From a virus: a DNA stretch of 64,000 nucleotides. Made by a program: the position numbers and the translations under genes. The notes under the pieces were generated by a model. The model searched no databases, was not told the DNA's origin, and saw only the letters and a list, made by a program, of their open reading frames with translations. The stretch is taken from positions 1 to 64,000 of IMG/VR virus record IMGVR_UViG_3300009146_000001. One strand, 5' to 3'. Shown one piece after another: positions 19,600 through 29,536 of the stretch (position 1 is its first letter; every line of letters begins with the position of its first letter).

Positions 19600-22103
19600 G
19601 CGCCCCCCATCGGGATCGGAGGCATCGGCATCTGGGGCAGCGCGGCGATGCGGCCCATGATCATCTCGATGGCCTGCATGAGCTGCTGGATCTGCTGGGT
19701 GTTGCCCTCGCCAGCCTGCTGAACCTGCTGGATCATCTCCTGTAGGGGCTCAATGACTTGCGTCTTGATGGTCTCGCCGAAGGCACCCATCTGCTGCTCC
19801 TGCATCTGGGCAACCATCTCCTGCACCCGCGCCATGATGTCGTCGGGTGAGGGGCCAGCCTGCTGCTGGGGAGGAGCGCCCTGAGGACCGGCCGGGGCAC
19901 CACCGCCCCCGCCACCACCCGCTGCTGCGGCTGCGGCTGCCATCTCCGGGGGAACGCCACCGGCCGCCGCTGCCTCCTGAAGCTGCTGACGCTCCTTCGA
20001 AGGGGGCCTGATCTTCACGTTCTTCGGCAGGCCGGAGAACTGGGCAATCGTGTTGAAGGCGTCGACGATGCCCTCCGTGCCCATCGCATCCACCACCTGC
20101 GGCACCGAGAAGACCGTCTGCGCGAACTGCATGAGGCCCATCGCGAGCTGGGCATCGTCACCCCGGCGAACCCCTTCCCGGTCGGAAGCGAACGCCGAAA
20201 CCGTGAGGGCCGACTTCGGGCCGATCACCCCGTAGGTCTTGCCGTCGCCCTCCTCGATCTCGAAGCCCATGTTGTCGAGAGCCTCCTTCGAAGCCCCATC
20301 GAGGTCAGCCACCTGCGCCATCACGAGGTCGTCGCCATAGGCCATGAACCCGGCGTAGATCTGTTCCTTCCAAGCCTGTATCGAGCTGTCGATGAAGGAG
20401 TCGGTCAGGGCCACCCGCTTGCTGGTGTAGGTCTGGTTGACCTTGATCTCCTCCGCCGTCTGGACGTGGCGGGCGGTGCTGCCGGTCTCCTGTGCGGTGA
20501 ACCCGAGGATCCGCTCGACCATATCGAGGGTCGTGCTGATCCCCTGCATGATGTCGCTGATGTTCCCGTAGGCGAAGGCGACCGGGCGGAAAAGGTTCTG
20601 CGGCTCCCCGGCCGTCGGCTCGTAGCTCATGTCCCGGAAGGAAATCGGGACGAAGTTCAAATCCGTATAAAGCTCCTTGCCCATCCGGTTCAGGCGCTCG
20701 ATCACATCCGGCCCGACCGCGTCCTTGTTGTACCAGATGATGTTGACGAGGTTCCGGCGGATCGTGAGGAGGAACTGGCTGAAGAGATTACTGAGCTGGT
20801 CTTGGTACGGAATGATGTCCGTGACCATCGAGCTGATGCGCCATAAGTTCTGGTCCGCATCGTAGGGGCAGGCCCGCACCGGCGTGTAGCAGAACGGCTC
20901 AACGAGGAGCGGCGTCCGGTCGTTGATCATGTGGAAGCAGAACCAGATCTGGGCGTCGTAATCGAAGAGGTCGAACTGCTTGGGGTTGATCTTCTGGTAG
21001 AGCTTCGCGACCACCGTGCCCTGATCGTGCTTGGTGTAGGTGTAACGGTACGCCTCCTGCGACCGATCCACCTCCGACCGCTGCGAGTTCGAATCCCAGA
21101 GGGCATCCGGCATCGCTATCGTGCACGGGTACATGGTCGAATAAAGATCCCATGCCGAGTGCTCGATCCACGACAGCGAGCCCACCGCCTTCCCCGACTC
21201 CTTCTCCTCTTTCGTGAACCAGTACCGCTTGTTCGTCAGGATGTCCCCGTAGCGGTAGATATCCCAGTAACCGGCGTACTGGACCCCGGTGTCGGTGTTA
21301 ACGCTGAGAACCCGGTGAGCGAGGTCGATGAAGGCCCGAGATGGATGCGGGATGTCGTTTCGGATTCCCTCGCGAACCACCACGGGATCGAGGGTCTTCT
21401 CCCCCTTGTCGTTCTGAATCTGCCTGAGCTGGACGTCTCGATAGTATGGCTCCTTGGCGAAAACAAGGGCCGTTCCATACTTGAGCATCGTAAGGATTTC
21501 CTGCCGGAAGTCAGCCCGGTATCCCATGTCCTGAGTCATCCGCTCCCCCCGCCAAGTGATGATCTGGGTGCGGAGGTGGTTCTCCCGCGAAGGCACCTGC
21601 GCCTCGTATTTGAGGAAGGGTGACTGGTCCCGCTGCTCCACCAAGGTTGCCCAGCGGATCTTCACGTACTGCGGACAGATCGGGACGTCGACGTTGAAGA
21701 AGGTCGGTAACTCCAGCTTCATCATCGGGCGGCCCGCCGAGTCCGTCATCGGCTGGCGGGTGATCGGATCCATCGCCGGGGTGAGCATCGAGGTGAGGCC
21801 CCAGTCCTTCACCACCGACATGAGGTTCGGCTGCTCGCGGCCACCGTTGGAGATGAGCCCCTTGGCCAAGGTCGTCGACACCTGCTGCTGCGAGACGTCG
21901 CAGGCTTGATCAATGCACCAGTACCACCGGGCGTTCCGTAGATTCCGATTAACCCCTTCCCGGACTCTGGACGAGGTGAGGTCGATCAACTCCTTGATCT
22001 TGGGATCCCACGCCGCCTCGCCGCCGTCTGGCTGGAACTTCTTTCTTAGCTTCTCGGGGTCATAGCCAGATGCCGCCAGAACCTTCGGGTCAATCATGGA
22101 CAC
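19596..22103 (-). CDS. Portal protein (podovirus type)
   Basis: 835 aa; LKYGTA and QTAEEI motifs, Q/P/G-rich C-terminal tail, located next to terminase. Confidence 0.75.
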   Translation of the reverse strand: MSMIDPKVLAASGYDPEKLRKKFQPDGGEAAWDPKIKELIDLTSSRVREGVNRNLRNARWYWCIDQACDVSQQQVSTTLAKGLISNGGREQPNLMSVVKDWGLTSMLTPAMDPITRQPMTDSAGRPMMKLELPTFFNVDVPICPQYVKIRWATLVEQRDQSPFLKYEAQVPSRENHLRTQIITWRGERMTQDMGYRADFRQEILTMLKYGTALVFAKEPYYRDVQLRQIQNDKGEKTLDPVVVREGIRNDIPHPSRAFIDLAHRVLSVNTDTGVQYAGYWDIYRYGDILTNKRYWFTKEEKESGKAVGSLSWIEHSAWDLYSTMYPCTIAMPDALWDSNSQRSEVDRSQEAYRYTYTKHDQGTVVAKLYQKINPKQFDLFDYDAQIWFCFHMINDRTPLLVEPFCYTPVRACPYDADQNLWRISSMVTDIIPYQDQLSNLFSQFLLTIRRNLVNIIWYNKDAVGPDVIERLNRMGKELYTDLNFVPISFRDMSYEPTAGEPQNLFRPVAFAYGNISDIMQGISTTLDMVERILGFTAQETGSTARHVQTAEEIKVNQTYTSKRVALTDSFIDSSIQAWKEQIYAGFMAYGDDLVMAQVADLDGASKEALDNMGFEIEEGDGKTYGVIGPKSALTVSAFASDREGVRRGDDAQLAMGLMQFAQTVFSVPQVVDAMGTEGIVDAFNTIAQFSGLPKNVKIRPPSKERQQLQEAAAAGGVPPEMAAAAAAAGGGGGGGAPAGPQGAPPQQQAGPSPDDIMARVQEMVAQMQEQQMGAFGETIKTQVIEPLQEMIQQVQQAGEGNTQQIQQLMQAIEMIMGRIAALPQMPMPPIPMGGA

Positions 22104-22129
22104 ATAGAATCAGCGACTGCGCAGGATCT

Positions 22130-22693
22130 TCAAGGGGGTTCAGGCATGGCCTCGGGCGGCAATCGGTTCACCCGGTCAATCGCCACCGTGGCGCGGAAGT
22201 CACATCCGGGAACGAACATCTTCACCTTGGGCTGCGGCATCGCCCCGTGCGTGACGTCGTAGTCATCCCCGGTGGTCCGCAGCCTGCGCTTGTGCTCGTC
22301 GACGAGGTTCTGCGCCCGGATCCGGCCGCGAAGCTGGACCTTCATCTTCTCGAACCGCAGGCGTCCCTCGCGGTGGAGCGTCAGCTCGAACCGGTTGTTG
22401 GCCTCATTGAGGAGCTGCAACGCCCTCGTCTTCTGGTTCATCAACCGCTCGAAGTCCTCCGCCGACAGGTCCGGCCGGGCGAGGCGCTTATCAAACTGAT
22501 CGAGGGTCTTGCGCAGATGTTCCCGAGTCCACTGCTGCATCCCCTCGATGCGGCCGTGCATCTGGTCGATGCGGGTGAAAACCTCATCTCTTCCAACCGA
22601 TAGAGAGCCCCCGGTTTCTTGCATAACAGGTCTTCTTTGGGTAACCGGCAACCAAGGGGAGGTAGCACCAACACCCCTCCTGATGCACCGCAC
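22130..22693 (-). CDS. Helical hypothetical protein, possible terminase small subunit; start uncertain
   Basis: Coiled-coil-like, between terminase and portal. Confidence 0.4.
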   Translation of the reverse strand: MRCIRRGVGATSPWLPVTQRRPVMQETGGSLSVGRDEVFTRIDQMHGRIEGMQQWTREHLRKTLDQFDKRLARPDLSAEDFERLMNQKTRALQLLNEANNRFELTLHREGRLRFEKMKVQLRGRIRAQNLVDEHKRRLRTTGDDYDVTHGAMPQPKVKMFVPGCDFRATVAIDRVNRLPPEAMPEPP

Positions 22694-22958
22694 TGTCGGG
22701 CTCCATCTTGCCGGGCGTCCCGCAGGTCTCGTACTCAGCGTCGTAGAACGGGCATTCGGTCCGGCAGGTGTTCAGCCGCTCGGCACCAAGCTCCTTGTCC
22801 GGGGAACTCCAGAGCGCCTTCGTCAGGCCCCAAGCCCCGCCAGCGATGTGGCCAATCGCCTCGGGAAGCGGCAGCGATTTGAACGCTCCGTGGATGGCCG
22901 CCCATGTGGAGACCACGGGTTGCCACCACTTTCTTGTGTGCCTAACCTCACTGGACAT
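22584..22958 (-). CDS. Cys-rich small protein
   Basis: RLNTCRTECPFY...CG...GCWCYL...TCY pattern, common in small phage metal-binding proteins. Confidence 0.6.
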   Translation of the reverse strand: MSSEVRHTRKWWQPVVSTWAAIHGAFKSLPLPEAIGHIAGGAWGLTKALWSSPDKELGAERLNTCRTECPFYDAEYETCGTPGKMEPDSAVHQEGCWCYLPLVAGYPKKTCYARNRGLSIGWKR

Positions 22959-24447
22959 GTTGATTCAGCACGACGCTTGGCAGCCACCACTCCACCCAAA
23001 GGGAGCGGAGATTGTCAACGACCGCCATAGGTTCCTCCTCGTGACCGGGGCCAAGCTGTCCACCAAGACTATCTCGATCTGCCACAAACTCACCAAGCAT
23101 CTCTACGAACAGCGCGGGGCGCATATCGGGATCATCGTCAAGCGTCAGGAGGTAGGTCGGCTGGGCGTCTGGCCGGACATCACTGAATTCGTCATCCCCA
23201 AAATCTGGCAGGCAGACGCCGGGGTTGTCCCGTGGATCATCCGGCCCAAGGTGCTCTCGGATACCAAGCGGCGAATCTTCTCGGTCATGAACCACTGCGC
23301 CGACATCGGGCGGTGCTCGCTCATCTCCGCGTACCGTTCCAGCGAGATCGAGCAGCTCCTCAAGAACACGCGCTTCTCGATGATCTACGTCAATGAGGCT
23401 GACCAGTTCCCCGCCTCGATCTTCAATGCCTGCGCGGACCAGCTACGAATGGAACATATGGGGGTTCCCTACGAAGCCCATCAGTTGATCCTCGATTGCA
23501 ACCCGCCCAACGAGGGGGAAAAGCACTGGCTCCACAAGATCTTCTTCGACCCGGCGGAAAAGGATCAGGTCTGGTATCGGGACTACAAGGTCATCACCGC
23601 CACCATCGAAGACAACCCGTGGCTCAACCAGAAGGATCTGGAGTCACTGATCCAGCGTTACCGCAATCACCCGCGACAGTACGCCCGGTACATTCTCTCC
23701 CAATGGGTTCCATCATCGGAGGGTTCAATCTTCGAGAACGTCTTCGAGGAGACAACCCACGTCGTCGGCGAGATCAATCCCGGCCAGCCACGCCACCTCT
23801 GGTCGGTCCTTATGCCGCCCATGGGAACCAACGAGATCATCCGGGGCTGGGACTTGGGCGACGTCAACCACTCCTGCGTCTTCATCACCAAGCGACTCTA
23901 CGAGAACGCTTACTGCTACGACGTGATCGACGACCTCACCCTCATCGACCGGCCAACCTCGATCCGCGAGTTCACCCGGCAAGTCATGGACAAGAGCGAT
24001 TTCTGGCAGGACGTCCTGACCAAGCGGGGAGCGGACGGGGTTCGCTGGGTTGACTGGGCGGATCCGACCGCCTTCATCTTCCGGTCGAGCGGACAGGGAT
24101 CGACTCACTCTGCGGAAGTCTATGCCGCATCCCGGAAACAAATCCGGCTGCGGCCAGTGAAGAAGGGACCGGGATCGGTCGCCGCCAGAGTCTCCCTCAT
24201 GATGCGGCTTCTCCTTGATGGTCGACTCTCGTTATCGGTCCTGTCCCGCGCCTGCATCAACGCGATGATCGGCCTCAAGCCATCGTCATCCGGCGGGGTG
24301 AAACGCTCCCCGGAAATCCATGCCTTCGATGCGATGTCCTACGGTATCGGCGGGGAAATCGGAGGCGACCTCCGGGATGAGGCCAACCAACCCGATGAGA
24401 TAACGACTACCGTGGAGAACAGCTCAGTCGTTTCGGTCCGGCTTTAA
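22957..24447 (+). CDS. terL: Terminase large subunit
   Basis: Walker A-like VTGAKLSTKT, Walker B IYVNEADQ, coupling motif DCNP, DNPWL, nuclease GWDLG and HAFDAMSY. Start at MLIQH is inferred; the ORF is open to 22768. Confidence 0.88.
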   Translation: MLIQHDAWQPPLHPKGAEIVNDRHRFLLVTGAKLSTKTISICHKLTKHLYEQRGAHIGIIVKRQEVGRLGVWPDITEFVIPKIWQADAGVVPWIIRPKVLSDTKRRIFSVMNHCADIGRCSLISAYRSSEIEQLLKNTRFSMIYVNEADQFPASIFNACADQLRMEHMGVPYEAHQLILDCNPPNEGEKHWLHKIFFDPAEKDQVWYRDYKVITATIEDNPWLNQKDLESLIQRYRNHPRQYARYILSQWVPSSEGSIFENVFEETTHVVGEINPGQPRHLWSVLMPPMGTNEIIRGWDLGDVNHSCVFITKRLYENAYCYDVIDDLTLIDRPTSIREFTRQVMDKSDFWQDVLTKRGADGVRWVDWADPTAFIFRSSGQGSTHSAEVYAASRKQIRLRPVKKGPGSVAARVSLMMRLLLDGRLSLSVLSRACINAMIGLKPSSSGGVKRSPEIHAFDAMSYGIGGEIGGDLRDEANQPDEITTTVENSSVVSVRL

Positions 24448-24713
24448 TTCCACTCAACCCCGGCCATGCCCTTGAAGATCTTCTGCCAAATCCTGCGGTC
24501 GCGCCTGACCTTGTCGCGCATCGGCTTGGGCATCTGGGCCTCCTGCCTTTTTGACACCTTCACCAGTCCTCCATTTCCAACCGCGTAAAGGTTCCCGCAG
24601 CCCGCGCAGATCCCGCATACGCCCGGCCGAACCTGATGGAACTCCAGATGCCTCTCCTGTCCACAGTGGGGACACGGGGCCACTACCACCATTTGAATTG
24701 CGCAGCAGTTCAT
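24444..24713 (-). CDS. Zinc-ribbon protein
   Basis: CPHC...CAGC. Confidence 0.55.
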   Translation of the reverse strand: MNCCAIQMVVVAPCPHCGQERHLEFHQVRPGVCGICAGCGNLYAVGNGGLVKVSKRQEAQMPKPMRDKVRRDRRIWQKIFKGMAGVEWN

Positions 24714-24876
24714 ACCTCACCCTCCGAAACCGGCTCGTGAATCCAGCCATGCACCAGACCAGCCATGCCACAGCGGGCACCGTCAGGAACCCAAGGAAGA
24801 ACCCAAAGCCAACAAGCCCAGCCAAGTATCCAAGGCGCATGAACGACATGGCCGCCTCGAAGCTGAGGGATCTCAT
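24454..24876 (-). CDS. Membrane protein; C-terminal part overlaps next gene
   Basis: Hydrophobic N-terminal segment. Confidence 0.35.
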   Translation of the reverse strand: MRSLSFEAAMSFMRLGYLAGLVGFGFFLGFLTVPAVAWLVWCMAGFTSRFRRVRYELLRNSNGGSGPVSPLWTGEASGVPSGSAGRMRDLRGLREPLRGWKWRTGEGVKKAGGPDAQADARQGQARPQDLAEDLQGHGRG

Positions 24877-24891
24877 TCCGTGGCACGGATC

Positions 24892-25131
24892 TTACTTGGG
24901 CTCCAGCTCCACGATCTCACGCAGGATAGTCAGGGCGTCGCTCGCCTTCGCCAACCGCTTGAGCTGGGGTGACTCCTCGGGCGCGTTCTCGCATGTCATC
25001 CGCTCCCCATCCACGAGGGTCTCGAATAAGTCGACCGCCTCCATGAGGTCGTTGCCGTCACGGAAAGCTTCGGAATCCTCGCCAAATGGAGGCAACGGTT
25101 CGGCTTCAGCAGTCTTGGTTTTCTTTGCCAT
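24892..25131 (-). CDS. Hypothetical protein
   Basis: 79 aa acidic ORF. Confidence 0.6.
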   Translation of the reverse strand: MAKKTKTAEAEPLPPFGEDSEAFRDGNDLMEAVDLFETLVDGERMTCENAPEESPQLKRLAKASDALTILREIVELEPK

Positions 25132-25165
25132 TTGAAGTTCCTCGCACGTTACGTCGCCGCGTCAA

Positions 25166-25396
25166 TCACAGAAGACCCTTCCGGTCGGCCAGCGACTCCG
25201 GCATGGTGATGACAAGCTCGGGCCAAGCGCCCTCTGGCGTCGGCCCGTAGGTGGAGATGTGCTCCAGCGGAGACCTCGGGATCCATACCATGTCCGTTGA
25301 CGTAGGGTTGCGGTCGCGGGGCACGCGAGAGACCCGAATGGCTAGGAGGCTCTCCTCAACCTTCCAGCATCGCACCTTGGTAATCCCGTAGCTCAT
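25166..25396 (-). CDS. Hypothetical protein
   Basis: Start MSYGITK with ATGA overlap; VWIPRS motif. Confidence 0.6.
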   Translation of the reverse strand: MSYGITKVRCWKVEESLLAIRVSRVPRDRNPTSTDMVWIPRSPLEHISTYGPTPEGAWPELVITMPESLADRKGLL

Positions 25397-26571
25397 GCTT
25401 CGAAAAGAACCTCGCCCGCAGGAGTCGGCGGATAAACCCCGGCGGTGGTCTGGCATCCATCCGGCAAGATGCACCCCCGGAACTTGATGTCCTCCACCTG
25501 CGTCCCCTTGATGCTGGCCGCGTAAAGATCCAGCGTGGCCGGTGGCGTGGGCGTTACCGCCGACCAGATGCAGTCCCGCACGATCACGTCCCCGAGATAG
25601 ACCGGAGCCCCTCCCGTTTCCTCGGACTTGTCCTGAAGCAGGACAAGAATCGCGTGGTTGGTCGTCGGGTTGACCGTCCTGAAGATGCAGTCCGAAATCT
25701 GAATCCGCGCCCGGTCGAAGCCCGCGCTCGGGGCCGGGACATCTACCCCGCAGTACCGGAAGTCCGCCTGACAACCAATGATCTGAACGTCCCGCACCGG
25801 CCCGGTGTCGCAGAAGAAGAAGCGGTCGGTGCCGCTGGACCGACAACCTTGGATGATCGTCTTCTCGTTGGCCGAGTACGCCGCGTGCGTCTGCTTCGGA
25901 GCCCCGGCGGCCTCCGGGCTCGTGACGACGCAGTCGACAATGGCCGACCCCATGATGGCCCCGGTGTCGCTCGTGATTCCCAGATAGATGCAGGTGGCGT
26001 AATTCCCGCCCTCGGACGAAACCTCGCAGCCGTCAATCCGGCAGTTCCCGTGGACCGGCGACGTGGGCGACTTGTTGCAGAGGATCCCGAACGCCTCGAT
26101 CATCGTGTTCCAGTCCCCGCCGATTCCGCGCACGGCCACGTCCTTGATCTGGGCGGACGTCGAATAGGTATGGAGCCCTGAGGATGGCAGCCCGCAGTCG
26201 CAGATGAAGCTGACCCCTTCGACCCGGACGTAGCTGCTCGCCCCGGAGCGCGACCCGGCGATGAAGGTCTCGATGTAGGTAGCTGGCTGGCCGCCCACCG
26301 TGTCCTCGTAGTCCGCCGCGAGCCTGATCTCGGTCACCTTCGACCCGGCCCCGATCAACTCACATCCCGGCCCGAGATTGCAGTAGTCCATCCCGTCGAA
26401 AGCCCACGCGCCACGGGTGTAATACGTACCGGGGTGAAGGATGAATCGGGTGTCATCCCGGTACTTCATGAAGATCTCGTCGAACTCTTCGGCGTTGGCG
26501 ATCCGCAGCGGGCTCGTCGAAGTGCCGTAGCCGAGCCCGTCGCCGGATTCCATTATGTGGATGATTCGCAT
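25393..26571 (-). CDS. Right-handed beta-helix protein (pectin lyase-like)
   Basis: LHPGTYY...LIGAG cap followed by repeated IxxCxV/F rungs. Confidence 0.7.
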   Translation of the reverse strand: MRIIHIMESGDGLGYGTSTSPLRIANAEEFDEIFMKYRDDTRFILHPGTYYTRGAWAFDGMDYCNLGPGCELIGAGSKVTEIRLAADYEDTVGGQPATYIETFIAGSRSGASSYVRVEGVSFICDCGLPSSGLHTYSTSAQIKDVAVRGIGGDWNTMIEAFGILCNKSPTSPVHGNCRIDGCEVSSEGGNYATCIYLGITSDTGAIMGSAIVDCVVTSPEAAGAPKQTHAAYSANEKTIIQGCRSSGTDRFFFCDTGPVRDVQIIGCQADFRYCGVDVPAPSAGFDRARIQISDCIFRTVNPTTNHAILVLLQDKSEETGGAPVYLGDVIVRDCIWSAVTPTPPATLDLYAASIKGTQVEDIKFRGCILPDGCQTTAGVYPPTPAGEVLFEA

Positions 26572-26724
26572 GGAAGAAGATTAATCCCGCCGCCCGGCGA
26601 AGGCGCTGGTCTTGAGCCGCACCCGGCACACGCCGGACGGCGTCATCCCAGTGCATAACAGAGAACGCACGGGGACAGGTTGTGATGATTCGTTCTTCAC
26701 CGGGCGGCGGAAAGATTGTGAGGG

Positions 26725-27105
26725 CTACTTCCTGTTTAGCCACTCCTTGCCGTGGGCAACGAATGTCGCGGAGATTCTGGACCGCTCGTCCACCGGCAAG
26801 TCGTCAAGGAACCGGAACGCCTGATCCTTCCCGGCCGTGCGCAGGATGTACTGCTTCCATCGCCATGGCTGACTGGCGAGCCCACATCCCTTCAGGAACC
26901 GGAACATGTCATCCACCAGTACGTCGTCCCATTGGCCCTTTGCGGCGATCTCCAGCACCTTGGGAAGCGGGAGCCCACTTCGTCTGGCGATCTCGGACTC
27001 GCGCAAAGGTCGGACATGGCGGCGGGGCTTTTGGATCGTGGTACGCGCCATCATTCGACAGATAAATGGCGGGAACTGGTTGAGGATTTGCCGGTTGATC
27101 CTCAT
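26725..27105 (-). CDS. HTH DNA-binding protein
   Basis: LRESEIARRSGLPLPKVLEI. Confidence 0.6.
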   Translation of the reverse strand: MRINRQILNQFPPFICRMMARTTIQKPRRHVRPLRESEIARRSGLPLPKVLEIAAKGQWDDVLVDDMFRFLKGCGLASQPWRWKQYILRTAGKDQAFRFLDDLPVDERSRISATFVAHGKEWLNRK

Positions 27106-27413
27106 GGGTCCGTGCTGAATTTGAGATATCCATGCTCTCGGGCTTCCTTAGGGTGGCTCATCACCCAGTTGTGGCAGCTTCTGCATAAGGCGATAAGATT
27201 CCTCGGGTCCAGAATCTTTCCGGGAGCGACGCTGCGGGGGACGATATGATGGGGATCCACGGATGGTCTCTTGCCGCACCGTTCGCATACGGGGTGGTCT
27301 GAAAGGTACTTCGTCGCGATCAGGCTGAACTCCGCCATCTGTGCCCGCCTTCGCGCCGAAACGCTCCGAACCCGCTTCCTCTTGCTGCTTGGTGTACGCC
27401 TCAATAACTCCAT
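27102..27413 (-). CDS. HNH endonuclease
   Basis: HPVCERC...DPHHIVP...NLIALCRSCHNWV. Confidence 0.85.
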   Translation of the reverse strand: MELLRRTPSSKRKRVRSVSARRRAQMAEFSLIATKYLSDHPVCERCGKRPSVDPHHIVPRSVAPGKILDPRNLIALCRSCHNWVMSHPKEAREHGYLKFSTDP

Positions 27414-27627
27414 CGACGACAAGTTCACGGACGAAGGCGATGTGCTTGCAACGGACGGGCTGCTTGGTCTGCCCCTGAACCTGCTGCTTCCGAAACTCGA
27501 AGTCCTCGCAGGAGCACCAGCCATGCGGCGGATTCTCCGCGAGGTCCACCTCGTATGTGATGTTCCGGCCTCCAACGACATAGAACCTGAGCCCTTCCTT
27601 ATGCTTGACGGACTTCTTGAACAACAT
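27148..27627 (-). CDS. SWIM zinc-finger protein
   Basis: YEVDL...CSCEDF...CKHI. Confidence 0.75.
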   Translation of the reverse strand: MLFKKSVKHKEGLRFYVVGGRNITYEVDLAENPPHGWCSCEDFEFRKQQVQGQTKQPVRCKHIAFVRELVVDGVIEAYTKQQEEAGSERFGAKAGTDGGVQPDRDEVPFRPPRMRTVRQETIRGSPSYRPPQRRSRKDSGPEESYRLMQKLPQLGDEPP

Positions 27628-27630
27628 CGG

Positions 27631-27960
27631 TTACGGGATCTCATCCCGATCCTGAATTTGTTCCAGCGCCGGGATCCGACTCGCCTCAACGTCGTCGTCC
27701 GCCAGCCCGTCCGGCGATTCCAGCTCGTCCTGCTCGATCACCCGCGTCTCCCGGATCCTGCCAAGTGGAATCGTTATCGCCACGGTGTGCGGCGTATTCG
27801 CGTGGACCGTGGAGATGGTGATCCCCATCGTGATCTTGGCCATCCCCTGCTCGTGGTCCTGACCCGCCTGAGTGATTTGCTCCCAGTAGTCGTTCAGGAA
27901 AGAGCGGACCTTCATCCCGATGGCCTTGGCCACCACGTCAGCTTCGGTTGCAGTGCTCAT
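27631..27960 (-). CDS. Hypothetical protein
   Basis: 109 aa, ATGA overlap. Confidence 0.6.
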   Translation of the reverse strand: MSTATEADVVAKAIGMKVRSFLNDYWEQITQAGQDHEQGMAKITMGITISTVHANTPHTVAITIPLGRIRETRVIEQDELESPDGLADDDVEASRIPALEQIQDRDEIP

Positions 27961-28847
27961 GGGGGGTCGTCGGAACCGAGTCTTTCAATCCGTCCGAACT
28001 CACAGAATTCCCACACGTCGCAGTAGTATTTGCAACGGATCGACTCTGCCTTCCGCTCCTGAATGTCGTAGACGTCGCTCGGCTTCCCGGCCGCGCTGAG
28101 CGCCTGCTTGCGCAGGTTCATCTGCTCGGTGGCTTCCTTGGCGGTCTTGTAGATGCCAGTGGCCCGCTTGCCACCCGCCTTCATGAGGGCGTACTCGTTC
28201 GGCTTGGCCCACCGCTCATCGTGCGTGCACAGGGGATAGCTCTCCTCGTGCTGCGTAAGCCGGTACGAGATGTAGGCGTCGAGACTGTCGTCGGACCAGA
28301 TCCTGATCGGGATCATCTTCACTGGACCCACCGGGTAGGTCGGATCCCGGTATCGCTCGACCGGGGTGTAATCCCGGATCGCGGCGATGATGAACATCTC
28401 GGCAATCTCGATCCCATTGTCCCGCGCCAGCCGCCGGTAGCAGTTAAGCTGCGCCTCCCACTCCGGCTTGATCGGCCCCTGCACGGCACCTGCCCGCAAC
28501 GTCTTGTAATCGTAAAGCTTGTGGTTCTCGATCAGGTCAAGAATCCCCGCCACTGACCACGTCCGATTGGTGCCAGTCCACTGGCTGAATAACTGGACCT
28601 CGGTGTGCGCCGTCGTCGACTTCGAGATGAACTCATGGAAGCCAGAGCCCCAGAGCGCGAAGAACCTGTCGATGACGTCGATGCTGATCTTGTCGCCGTA
28701 GGCATCGCGGAGCTGCTTGATCCGTGGCGGGCCGATCATCTCGGTGACCGAGATGTCCGCCCGTGATCGGCGCTCCTCCTGAGTCTGCCGGGGAACGACC
28801 GAATCGTAGATCGCCCCCGGCAGACCGAGTTGATTGGTGACCCTCAT
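27957..28847 (-). CDS. PD-(D/E)XK Cas4-like exonuclease
   Basis: GILDL...DYKT...QLNCY and C-terminal CxxxCxxxxxC; start MRVTN. Confidence 0.85.
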   Translation of the reverse strand: MRVTNQLGLPGAIYDSVVPRQTQEERRSRADISVTEMIGPPRIKQLRDAYGDKISIDVIDRFFALWGSGFHEFISKSTTAHTEVQLFSQWTGTNRTWSVAGILDLIENHKLYDYKTLRAGAVQGPIKPEWEAQLNCYRRLARDNGIEIAEMFIIAAIRDYTPVERYRDPTYPVGPVKMIPIRIWSDDSLDAYISYRLTQHEESYPLCTHDERWAKPNEYALMKAGGKRATGIYKTAKEATEQMNLRKQALSAAGKPSDVYDIQERKAESIRCKYYCDVWEFCEFGRIERLGSDDPP

Positions 28848-29536
28848 GCTGCCGGTTCCGCCGTGGCTTCCGCAGGCATCTTCGCAAGCCAAGCCGTGGA
28901 CGCCGCCCGGAGGTCTCGGAACTGAGGCGTGTCGGTTTTCGGATGGCGGGAGAACCACTGGATCGTCTCGCGCTTGAGTTTGCGCAGGGGCTGCCCCTTG
29001 TAGTTGCAGACGTAGTCCACGATGAAGTCGCCGGGATCCGGACCATCTGTCGCGGCAGGCGGCTCAGGCTCCGGTTCTGGTTCAGGCTCAGGTTCAGGCG
29101 CTGGCGCGGGAGCGGGTTGAGCTGCTGCTGGCGCGGGCGCTGGTACTGGCGCGGGCGCTGGCGCGGAGACGGGCGGAACAGGCTTCATCGCACGCTTCGC
29201 AGGCGCAGAAGCAGGAGGAGCGGTCGCGGCAGCCGGGGTCTCCGGGACCGACGGGGGCGGAGCCTTGATCGACGGGGCAACCACCGATGCCGGGAAGTAG
29301 GTGGCGAACATAAGCTCGACCTCCTTGCGGGCAGTGTTGAATGCCGTCGAAGCATTGCCCGCAGAATCCACCGGCATCATGATCCGGCCGGTGATCGGCG
29401 TATCGCCCATCATGATTCCCCAATGAACCCCGCTCACAGCCTGCCCGGCCGCCGATGTGGGGCTGGCCTCGGACACCTCGGATATCGGGACAATGATCCG
29501 TCCCAATTTGCGTACCATCTCGTCGAATTCGTGCAT
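28844..29536 (-). CDS. Possible recombination-associated protein with Pro/Ala linker
   Basis: AP/EP repeats; C-terminal YKGQPLRKL...W resembles small domains appended to phage recombinases; adjacent to exonuclease. Confidence 0.45.
   Translation of the reverse strand: MHEFDEMVRKLGRIIVPISEVSEASPTSAAGQAVSGVHWGIMMGDTPITGRIMMPVDSAGNASTAFNTARKEVELMFATYFPASVVAPSIKAPPPSVPETPAAATAPPASAPAKRAMKPVPPVSAPAPAPVPAPAPAAAQPAPAPAPEPEPEPEPEPEPPAATDGPDPGDFIVDYVCNYKGQPLRKLKRETIQWFSRHPKTDTPQFRDLRAASTAWLAKMPAEATAEPAA

Noticed and set aside
27957-28847. Cas4 as evidence of a CRISPR system
   Set aside because: Stand-alone Cas4-like exonucleases are routine in phage recombination modules
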